19,108 nt of DNA, taken from NCBI GenBank assembly GCA_000388065.2, contig KB932202.1; one strand, 5' to 3'. The DNA is from Fonticula alba ATCC 38817. Taxonomy: Eukaryota > Protista > Nucleariida. The position numbers and the translations under genes are program-made. A model generated the notes under the pieces. It did not search any database, was not told the DNA's origin, and saw nothing but the letters and a program-made list of their open reading frames with translations. Each line of letters begins with the position of its first letter. The stretch's first letter is position 1. Below, piece after piece: positions 8,311 through 18,287 of the stretch.

Positions 8311-9185
8311 GTGGGTAGACTATTGATCGCTTTCCCTCGCCCACGGCGACCGGGGGAGGGGGCGACGCCTAGGAGAGAGAAGGGGGAGACCTTCTCTCGC
8401 GTTGCCCCCTCCCCAGGTCACGGGTCCAGGGGTGCGTGTGCGCGCGCGAGTGTGTGTCGGTGTGTGTGTGTGTTTGTGTTTGAGGGAAAGAGAATCCGCA
8501 CGTTGTCCAGGGGACAATCCCCCCTGTGTATTCGCGCAGGAGTTCCATGTTCTTCCATCATCTCCCGCTCCTTCACACATCCCTGCCTTTTTCTCTCCCT
8601 TCGGTTGGGTATGCCTGCTCCCCCCCCCCCCTTTCTCCAAATGCGGGGATGCGGGGGGACCACACCCGGCTTGGTTGCTGGCTGCCCGGTCATGCCTACA
8701 GCCTCTCCTTTTCCTCTCGTCCAGACATGGGGTACTTTCATGGGGGCTCCATCTTCCTTCATCAGCCCATACACACGTGCGCACCTTTTCGCATGTGTGT
8801 GGCACCCGCGCCTCCCCTTTGTTTCTGCTGAGCATGCTTGCACGTCCCTCTCTCTCTCTCCCTCTTCTCCCTCTTCTCCCTCCTTCCTGGACAGGAGACG
8901 AGAGATGCTCGCAATACTCAGCATGGCTCCCTCTTCCCCGCACACAGCATAGCACCTGGATACTGGTATCCAATGAATCCAATCTCCCCCCCCCCCCCTG
9001 GCGCTCTTTTTCTCCTTTCCCCCCTATTTCCTCCCCTCTCAAGCCTCTTCTCTCTGCCTCTCCTCTTTGTTTGGCCACTTTCTTCCCTCCGCCCTTCCCC
9101 TCTCGTCGAGAAAGCGCGAAGAGTGAGGCGCGCATTCGGCTGTCGGCTGGGTTGCTGCACTCCTCTCACCCTCGCTCCGCGGATG

Positions 9186-9209
9186 GTGTGTGTGTGTGTG
9201 TGTGTGTGT
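9186..9209 (+). repeat. (GT)12 microsatellite
   Basis: Read directly. Confidence 0.9.
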
Positions 9210-9463
9210 ATGCGCGCGCGTATGTATGTGTGTGTGTACATGCGCTTCGCGCATCAGCCAAAGGAGGGGGCGGGGGGCGAGAGGAATGTGACGTGTGAGG
9301 ACACCCACGACAGCGCACAGAGATGGGAGAGTGGAGGAGCGCACACACCTTCAGAGGCTCTGGCGTGGCTGTGGGCGGAAAAGCCATGTCCTGGCGGCGT
9401 ACTTCGCGCCTTGGGACATCAGGCTTTGACCAATGTGTACAGGGGGAGCGGGGGGGGGGGGGG

Positions 9464-9528
9464 NNNNNNNNNNNNNNNNNNNNNNNNNNNNNNNNNNNNN
9501 NNNNNNNNNNNNNNNNNNNNNNNNNNNN
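9464..9528. other. Assembly gap (65 N) after a poly-G run
   Basis: N run in the sequence. Confidence 1.
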
Positions 9529-10724
9529 GACCTGCGCGCTATTCCTTTGGAATTGTTCACGCAATCACCACACCCGGCGGAATTGCAGACCGGCATCGCA
9601 AAGTCCCTGATTGAAAATGGGCCGATTCTTCTGATCATACCACTGAAATCACACCACCCCGATCTCTGGAATTCGATTAAGCATCTAACTAAAATGTTCA
9701 CGTTTATGAAAGCCGTCGTTTCGTACAACTATTGAGCCCGGCGCCGGCGGCGTCCGGCCTTCCTTTCTCTCTCTCTCTCTCGCGCGCTCTGGAGAGGCCG
9801 CCACGAGTGAGAATGGGAGGAAGCAATCGGTCTGGTGCCAAGGGATTCCTCCGTGTGCGTAAGGATCTTAGGTGGTAGCGTTGCTTGCAAGATGTGTGTG
9901 TATGTGTGTGTGTGTGTGTCTGCCTGGTTTCGAGTCGGCTTTTATCGTTGCCCCATCCTCCATCCGTATGCTTTGGCCCACGCTCACCTGTGAGTATTTG
10001 TGTCTGTGCGTGCACCCTTCCGGCACCCGGGGGGGGGGGGCTGGGCGGGTGCCACATGCTTGTTGGGCTCTGGCGCTTTCAGGAGTCTCGACGCCGGCAG
10101 GGGATCCCCAGGGAGAGCAAAATTCTCCGCCCTCTCATCCCGCTGCGTGTCGAGAAAGCGTCCGGCAGAGAGAGGGACGGGGGGGGAGGGGGCGGAGACA
10201 GTGTGGACACGGCGCGGATGAAAGGTACCTCCTTGGAGGGGTCCAGGAGCCTCATGCCCCGGGCCCAGTACCGCGCTCTCTGCCTGCCCCTATGCAGCAG
10301 GGGAGGGAGGCCCCAAGGGGGGGGTGCTCGAATATAGTGTGTTGCCCCGCGCGCTGGCCGCACGAGGCGAGACACCTTGCACCTCACGCCGGTTCCCTCG
10401 CCTGCCCGCGCCCCCGTCACCGTCCCACCTTGGCCCGTGCCTGCTGCATGTGTAGCAGCAACTGTGGTGTGCGCGCATACACACGCGCTTTTTTAGGGGA
10501 GGGGGTGGGGCACCTTCACCCATTCCCCACCGGTGGCCCAGCTTCCCGGTGTGTATGTGTGTGTGTGTGTGTGCCAATGGGAGCCGTCCTGGCAAGCGGG
10601 GGGGGGGCAGTGTCCTCCCCCGTCGCGAATGGTTCCCTCCTCCTCGCCCGTCGCTGTGCGAAGGGCAAGGCCCCCCCCCTAATCCGCTCCGAGCCCAGGC
10701 CTGAGCCCTATTCCCGCTATTCGG

Positions 10725-10726
<2 letters not shown>

Positions 10727-10762
<36 letters not shown>
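10727..10762 (+). repeat. (GT)18 microsatellite
   Basis: Read directly. Confidence 0.9.
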
Positions 10763-10763
<1 letters not shown>

Positions 10764-11400
10764 TGGGAGGCAGAGAGGGGACCGTGTTCCTTTCCGCCGC
10801 CCCCGGGATGGTGTGTGATCCCATTGAGAGAGCCGTCCAAGTTTTCATGACCGTGGCCCCCGCCCGCCCCCATCCCCCCCCTCCCCCCTCGACCGGAGCA
10901 GCGGGGGGAAGGGGTGAAAGTCAGTGGGGGGTGGGCCTCACAAACGGACTCAAAGTGACGAGAGAGCGAAAGCCACAAAGAGGGAGAAAGATAGAAAATA
11001 TACTCCTCTCTTCTGTATGTTGCCCGTCGGACGGTGGTGTGGTGGTGCAGTGGCTCGCCCTCGGGCGAGGGGCCCGGGGAGAGGGGGCCTCACTCGGGAC
11101 GGCGCAGGGCGGCGGGTGGGGGTGTTGAAAGATAGGCATGCGCTTTTCCGGCGTGCGCGATCCGCGGGGGCTGGTGTCGTGTGCGCTTCGTTCTCGAAAA
11201 GCGGGGTTTTGGCGCTGGACCGACGCGAACGGGCGCGCGTGCTAGCCCGACCCCCCTGCTCCTTGGCGCAACCATGGCGGTCGGCCTTCGTGATGTTCTG
11301 GGCGACACCGGACTCGTGGGATGGAGGGCATCTGCTCGGGGAGCGGGGATTGGCATCCAGTGGATAGATACGCTCCTGTCCCTTGCTGAAGCCCTGCTGG

Positions 11401-11401
<1 letters not shown>

Positions 11402-11443
<42 letters not shown>
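11402..11443 (+). repeat. (CT)21 microsatellite
   Basis: Read directly. Confidence 0.9.
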
Positions 11444-11447
<4 letters not shown>

Positions 11448-12258
11448 CGCAGTTTGAACTTCACGGCTTCCTTTTCACAGCCCTGGCGTCGCTGCCTCTT
11501 CCCCTTTTCCCTTGCTGCCCCGTCTCCGGTCCCTCACCGGAGATGCTTCAGGGGTCCGTTCCTCGAGCAAAGGAAACCAGGGGCATCACGAGAACCTCCC
11601 CCCCCCCCCCTCCCCCCCAGCTCCTGCCCGCAAGTCTGCCCGCACAAGCGAGGGGACACCTCAGTTGCTCTGAAGGGGGGGGGGGGAGGAACACCACGAG
11701 AGCAGCCCGAACCGGGCACCAACCCACTCCCCCCCCCGGCAGCAAAGAAAGACAACCACACGTCGCAGATGGAGAGGTTGCCACCCTCCTGCCCGCATAT
11801 ACCGCCCCCTTGTGCGACTGTTGCCGGCTACCGGATGCGTCACCCACCAGGGAAAGAGAAGAAGGCAGAGGAGGAGCGAGCGCGAAGGAAGACCCTGACA
11901 ACAAGGGGGAAGGGAGTGCTTTGTGTTGTTTTGTGAGGGGAGGAGGGAATAAGGCCACGGCTTAATGCGCGCGACCCGCAAAGGGAAGGGAAGGAGGCAG
12001 GAGAAAGGGGATGGGTGGGAGGAAGGAGGGAGATGTGTAAAGAGGAAAGAGGAGGGTGTGCATGCGTGAGCGCCAGCGCTGATTCACTGAAAGAGCTGTG
12101 CCCCGCGCGCGCGCGCATAGTGGCTAAAATGGGTGTGAATATGGGTATGGCACGACCATGGGGGCGAGGAAAGGGGGCACATGTGTTCCCCCCTGCCGGC
12201 CCCGCGCGCGCGCGCGAAGAAGGGAGGGTGGGACGCATGCTCGCGCCGGGAAATGCGC

Positions 12259-12385
12259 GCACACACACACACACACACACGCACACATACACACACGCGC
12301 GCGCACACACGCACACATGCACATAGGCACACAGACATACAGACACACGCACGCATGCGAGAACACATACACACACAAACACATG
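12259..12385 (+). repeat. Imperfect (CA)/(CG)-rich alternating purine-pyrimidine tract
   Basis: Degenerate CACACA/CGCGCA/CATACA run downstream of the Rho gene. Confidence 0.8.
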
Positions 12386-12958
12386 GGGTGAAGAGCGTGA
12401 AGCATGCATGGTGTGAAGTAGATGAAAGGAGAGAGAGAGAGAGGGGGGGGGAGAGGGAACTGAGCGACGGAGAGGGAGGAGGGGGAGAGGAGGGGATGGC
12501 GGAGCAAGACGCGCCAAGGCGGCGGAAGACTCAAAGCCACACGCGCCGCGTATGTGTGTGTGTGAGCTGTCTGGTGGATGAAGAGGCGTGCGTCGTGCTG
12601 CATATATGCACAACACACAGCGCACGACGCGCGGCCGGCCGCGCCCCCTCCCCCTTCGCCGGTGTCTTTACTCCCCCTCCCCCTCAGCGCGGCCGCCTTG
12701 ATGAGGCCCCGCTCCCCCGCTCCCCCCGCCCCTCACAGCCCCGCCCATGGTCCCAGCTGTCTCTCTTGGAGAAGGGGGGAGGGAGACATGCGAGAGGAGG
12801 GGGGAGGGTGGCGAAGTGGCAACCAGAGTAGACACTCAGGCACACACGCACACACGGGAAGGGGGAGACGCCACGCGAGAGGAAGGAGGGGAGAAAGGAG
12901 GAGGAGGAGGAGGAGGGGAGAGAGGAAGAGAGGCGCGCATATGGCTCACTCTATCTGC

Positions 12959-14119
12959 CTAGAAGAGCAGGCAGCGGTTGGTGCGCCTGCGGGTGCGGGT
13001 CTGGAGGGCGGCGCGGGTGGCCGACTCGAAGACCTCGTTGACACCCTCCCCGGTCTTGGCACTGCACTCAAGGTACTCGCTGACCTGGTTCAGGGTGCTG
13101 GCAACAGCGCGGCCCTGGGGGAGGGAGGGGGGGCGTGGGTGTGTGATTATTTCGATCAGTATCACACCACCCCAGGGGTGGGGGGGGGAGGAAAGATGGA
13201 CGAAAGAAGGGTCAGCATTGGGAGGGGAGGCAGGAGTCCGCGAAAGGGAGGAAGCAAGGCGGGAAGACGAACCTGCTCGGTGGTGATGGGGGCCTGCTTG
13301 TTGCGGGCCAGCTCGGTGATGGTGTCCGGGTCGTCACGGAGATCCTTCTTCAGACCGACCAGGATGACGGGGAGACCATTGCAGAAGTGCTGGATCTCGG
13401 AAATCCACTGTTGAGGGGGCGGAGACGGAGAGAAAGAGAGAGGGAGGAAAGGGGGGCGAGTGGGCTCTGTCAGCCAAAGTGCACAAGAAGCGTGCATGGG
13501 CGTGGAGGAAAAAAGCAGGGCAGAGCCAAGAGGTGGAAGCCTCTCAGGCGATTGCGGTGCTTGTCCCGCGAGGGTGTGTGCAAGAAGCCAGTGGAGGAGG
13601 AAGGGGCAAGGGGCGTACCTTCTCCTGGACGTTCTCGAGCGAGTCGGGGTTGTTGATGGCGAAGCAGACGAGGATGACATGGGAGTCGGGGTAGGAAAGG
13701 GGACGCAGACGATCGTAGTCCTCCTGGCCTGTGGGAAGGGGTGAGTGCTACGACGGGGGGGAGCGAGAGAAGGAGAGGCGGGGCGGAGCAGAATGGGTCA
13801 CGAACCGGCGGTATCCCAGAGGGCGAGCTCAACGCGCTTGCCGTCAACAGTGACGTCGGCAACGTAGTTCTCGAAGACGGTGGGCACGTAAATCTGCGTG
13901 GCGATGAGGACAAGCGGGAGACATGAAAGGCGGTGAGAAGAAGAGGGAGGAACACTGGCACAGGGCATTCTCCGGGGGGGGGGGACTGAAAGGAAGGGAA
14001 ATGAAACGGGCGTCCGCGCGCACCTCGGGGAACTGCTTCTTGGAGAACATGATCAGAAGACAAGTCTTACCGCAGGCACCATCGCCAACGATGACCAGCT
14101 TTCGCCTGATATCAGCCAT
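12959..14119 (-). CDS. RHO1: Rho-family small GTPase, RhoA/Rho1 type, 194 aa; complement(join(12959..13114,13273..13407,13619..13728,13806..13893,14024..14119))
   Basis: [32 protein letters not shown]|[30 protein letters not shown]|[36 protein letters not shown]|[24 protein letters not shown]...|GRAV...[38 protein letters not shown]. It has the G1-G5 boxes, the RhoA-type effector loop YVPTVFENY, a polybasic tail and the CaaX motif CLLF. Four GT-AG introns of 130, 77, 211 and 158 nt keep the frame. Confidence 0.96.
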
Positions 14120-15239
14120 GATTGCGTTGATGGGGGGGAGACTGGGGGGAAACTGGAAGAGAGAGAGAGAGGAAGGCAGGGAGGCAGAGGATGATGAGGG
14201 AATGGTGAAGGGGATGTGGGTCATAGTGAAGCAAAGGGGGGGGAGGGGTGTTAGAGGAGGCAACAGCAGCACGGGAGGATAGCTGGCTTTCCAGGCAAAG
14301 AGGCGGGAAGGGGGAGGGGGAACTTGAGAGGAGGGGAATGCGCGCGAGGCGAGCGTCTCCGCCCTCGTCAGGGAGGGAGGTGTCCCGGCCAATGGGTGTC
14401 TCTTGCTTGTGGAGGGTTTTTACAAGCTGGCGGCGAGATTTGGGGAATGGAAGGAGAGAAGGCAAACGGGAGGGGGGAGAGAGGAGCACACATGGGCGGT
14501 TGTTAGAGAATGGCGGGCATAGGGGGATGGGAGGCACTTTGTGAGCGGAGGCCGGGGGGAGAGAAGGGCACCAGAAGTGTGTGAGGCACGGCGGGGGGGG
14601 GGGGAAGTCCGAAAAACATACCGGGACATGGAGAGGGACACCGCCCCATGGGGAGAGCGCCAAGCGCAGTTTGAGCCCATGTATACCCGACTTTGGGGAA
14701 GTTGGGCAGCGCCCCGTCCTCGGTGAGGAGGGGGGAGCGCGCGGAGAGCAGGAACCTATCCCTCGGCCGGGGAGGTCTCGAAGGGAGGAACATGCCACCC
14801 CGGGGAGAATGAGGAGGAGGGGGGGGGGGGGAGAAAGCACAAGCAACTGGGCTCGCGTGCGTGTATGTAGAAACGAGCTGGGGCAAGAAAGGGCATGGGT
14901 CGGGGGGGGGAGGGGGAGAGGGGAGAAGAGGAGGAAGAGGAGGAGGGGAGGGCGAAAGAGGGGGCATGTACGGCTCAAAGGGGGGTGGGGAACCCAAAGG
15001 GAGGGTGGGTGGTGGAGGAGGGGGCCAGGGAGACGCGGGCTACCCTCAGGAAGTGGCGAGAGTAGGGGAATCGAAAATGGCGAAAATAGGGCTAGCTAGG
15101 GCGCCGGCCACACTAGGCGGAGGTACGCGTCTGAAGAAGTTTTTCAGCCCCTGCCCATGGTGCGCCGACTGTCTCTCGGTCTCTCGGAAGAGGTCGGGCG
15201 GGGGGGGGGGTGAGCAGACGGGCCGACGCGTCTGCTCCC

Positions 15240-15369
15240 NNNNNNNNNNNNNNNNNNNNNNNNNNNNNNNNNNNNNNNNNNNNNNNNNNNNNNNNNNNNN
15301 NNNNNNNNNNNNNNNNNNNNNNNNNNNNNNNNNNNNNNNNNNNNNNNNNNNNNNNNNNNNNNNNNNNNN
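15240..15369. other. Assembly gap (130 N)
   Basis: N run in the sequence. Confidence 1.
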
Positions 15370-15948
15370 CCCCCCGAGCGAGGGGCAAATGCAAGTTCCG
15401 GGCGGATGTGGGCGCGGGGGCGCGGGGCAACCAAAGGGCACGAGAGAAGCCCGGCGGCCGGGTGTCGTCGGCCGGGGGCGATGATTAGCATTTCGAATTT
15501 CCCTGCGTCTCCCACACACCACCAGGGAGGCGTGGTAGTGTGTGCTGGGGGGGGGGGAGGGGCGGGCGGCTCGCCAGGCCGAGGACGCAGGGGGAATTAC
15601 CGGAGAGAATGAAGGGGTACATGGAACTGGGCCGGGGCCGTCCCCGGGGGAGCCGCTTCCGGGGGGGGGGGAGGCGGAAATTACGCCGGTGCCCCTGCCT
15701 GCTCTGTGCCTTTCTCTTCGGTCCCCCCTCCTCGCCCGGCCCCCGCCCGTATACGCTCGCCGGGGAGAAGCTAGGCGGAATTGTGATTTGTCATGGAAGA
15801 CCCGTCCACCTCTGCGCCCCTTCCCCCCCCGGGGGGGGGGGGGAAGGGCATCGGCGGAGCAAGGGCAGACCGGGGAAACCCGCCGGGCCGAAAAAGGGGC
15901 AAAATGGGGAGCCAAAGGGGGGATATTGGTAGCCAGGAGGACTCTCGT

Positions 15949-15963
15949 CCCCCCCCCCCCCCG

Positions 15964-16007
<44 letters not shown>
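15949..16007 (+). repeat. Poly-C tract (one G interruption at 15963)
   Basis: Read directly. Confidence 0.9.
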
Positions 16008-18249
16008 ACCGCCGCCGCGGTTGTCGCCGCCCCCGAACCGGGAGGGACAGGAATGGGCCTGGCTTGGGCACCGGGGCCAGCTCGCCCTCACGCGGGTGTG
16101 CTCCCTTGAGAGGGGGAGGGCGCCAGGCGAGGCGGCAATTGGCAGGACATACCCGAGGCATCCCCGGGGGCCGCGTCGACACACGGCCCAGGCTTGGACA
16201 AGGGTGTAGTACGGCCCTTCGTAGGGTGCCTCTCAGCTATGCCCGACTCCCCCGACGGGGAGACTGGCGCGGAGGATGCTCCGGGCTTTTCTTCGGCAAA
16301 CTGCGGGAGCCGGGCAGCCGGGGGCGACCGAAGTGGAGGGCGCCTGTGGGCGTCTCTCTCTCTCTCTCTCTCTCCCTCTCGGCCCGCGCACCCAACGTCC
16401 AACCTGCCGGGGAGGCCGAGACGAGAGGGGGGGCGGCGGGGTGGCGGACAGTCGCGCGCGTCGGCTCATCCCCTTGCCCCTCTGGTAGCTCGGCCTCCGC
16501 GCGCCAGGGGTCAAGACAGGCGGGTCACGGAGCCCGGACAGCGCTATCAGTTCTCCCGCGCGGTCGGGCGTGGGGCCCGGGGGCGGCCGTCCGGCGTCGG
16601 GGTCTTGGCCTGGGCACATAGCTCGGGCAAGGGAGCCAGGACGCTTGTATGAACGTGCATGCTCGGGGAGCCTAGCGGATTAAGGAATCCTCGCGTCGGG
16701 GCGGCTATTGGTGGGCCGGTCGCGTGGCATCCCTGCATAGACACTCTCCACACACACACACACACACCGGTGCAAGAGCCAGGTCACCGATGGACAGGCT
16801 CTTCGTCCTTCCGCCGGCTCCCCGCCCCGCCCCGCCCCCCCCCCCCTCCGGCAGGGTGGCGGACCCGGAGGAGGAAACGGGGGCGAGTACCGCAGCGGGC
16901 AATCGCAGCGGGACCCCTGGAGGCTGAATAACGGGCGCCCCGCGTGCAAAAGGCCTGGGAGCGCCGGTGAAGCGCCTCCCCATGCCCGAGAGAAGGGGGC
17001 CGGGCCGGGCCGGGGGAGGGGGGGGGGGGGCAGTGAGGCTCCAGAGAGAGCCGACAGCACAGGCCAAACGGGGGGTGTCACTTCCGACGCCTCACCGGCC
17101 AGCAGAGCTGGTGGGGGGCTCATCGCCGGGCGCATTCAACACTGGCGCGGACTTGTGCCCGCGCGAGAGGGCCCGAGGTAACCGAGGGATTTCGCCCCCG
17201 CCCCCCCAGTGTTCGCAGCTTGCGGGCCGGCGGTCTGGCCGTGCTCTTTCTCGGCTCCCCCAGGCCAACGCCGCGCCCCGCGCCGACCGCACCAACCTGC
17301 GTGCGAGAGCGAGTTACGAAGTGCCCCCCCCCCGGGCTGGGCACTTGTGCCGTGCGCCGACACTCGCTCGCATGCAGCGGCTACCCGACGGCAGCTCGGG
17401 CTGTCTCAAAACGCCCACTCGGGGCACGTATTGTTCCCCTAGGGGGCGATCCTTGCCGCATCCCGCCCCTGCCCGGCGCGAGGGGGGGGGGGAGTTACGA
17501 ACCGCCGTGCGCCAACGAGCCCAAGGGTCGAGGCACCAAAGTATGCAGCAAGCACGCACACACAAAGACACATTGGCCACCTGAACAGCCACCGGCTCTC
17601 TCCCCCCGGTGTCGGCAGGGACACGTCCACATACACGCGTTTGTAGCAGGCACCTGCATGCCTCGGTCCCGGGTATAACCTTCAGAGAGAGAGGGCGGGG
17701 GGGGGGGGGGGAAATATAAGAGCATGGCCGCTCGTCAGATGTCGGAGGAGGGGGCGGCTGCTGTCCTGAAAGACAGGGCGAGAGCGCGCGCCGAGGCCCC
17801 AATAGTGGAGGGGGGAGCCGGCGCCGGGGCTGGGGGAGAATGTGGCCGGGGCGTGGGGCACAGCGCGGCTGCGACGACGGCCGCAGGAGCGATGCCCAGC
17901 CGAGGCGCGTCGCAATTTGGGGAATGCGACTTCAAAATAGCAACCACCCGGCGAGGGATAGTTGGCCAGCAGCGTGGTTGAGGGCGTGGAATTCGGTCAG
18001 CCAGGGCACTGAGAGCGGCCCAGGCCGACTGCGAAACGACAAGGGCGAGAGGAGCCACGCACAGCCGGGGTGGGTGGGTGGGGGGGACAAGGAGGACATG
18101 CTGGCAAGCCAGTGAAGCCAAGCGACCCCCGCGCGTCCGGGCGTGCGAGGAATTCGCCAGGCCTCGGCCCCCTCGCCCCCCGGGCGTCGGGTCTTGTCAA
18201 CCGGACCAGGGGAGGAGCGCGGCGGCCAGACGGCCTGGGTGAGCATCCC

Positions 18250-18287
18250 GGGGGGGGGGGGGGGCCGGGGCCGGGGCCGGGGCCGGG
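18250..18287 (+). repeat. G-run followed by (GGGGCC)4; predicted G-quadruplex
   Basis: GGGGCC x4 at 18261-18284, directly after a poly-G run. Confidence 0.85.

Noticed and set aside
9549-9570. Partial resemblance to the lac operator (GGAATTGTT)
   Set aside because: Only 9 nt match and the operator symmetry is missing.
8311-12900. ORFs such as 8402..9298, 9872..11128 and 11840..12625
   Set aside because: Dominated by translated microsatellites (VCVC, THTH, LSLS).
13140-13181. Small hairpin and palindrome in Rho intron 4 (GTGTGAT/ATCACAC; CCACCCCAGGGGTGG)
   Set aside because: Short stems are expected in low-complexity GC-rich DNA, and there is no other support.
16204-16211. GTGTAGTA, matching the U2 snRNA branch-recognition sequence
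   Set aside because: The flanks do not match U2 stem I or IIa, and no Sm site is in position.
17712-17981. TATAA-like sequence followed by an 85-aa ORF (MAARQMSEEG...)
   Set aside because: The TATA-like motif is only a few nt from the ATG and the peptide is low complexity with no homology signal.
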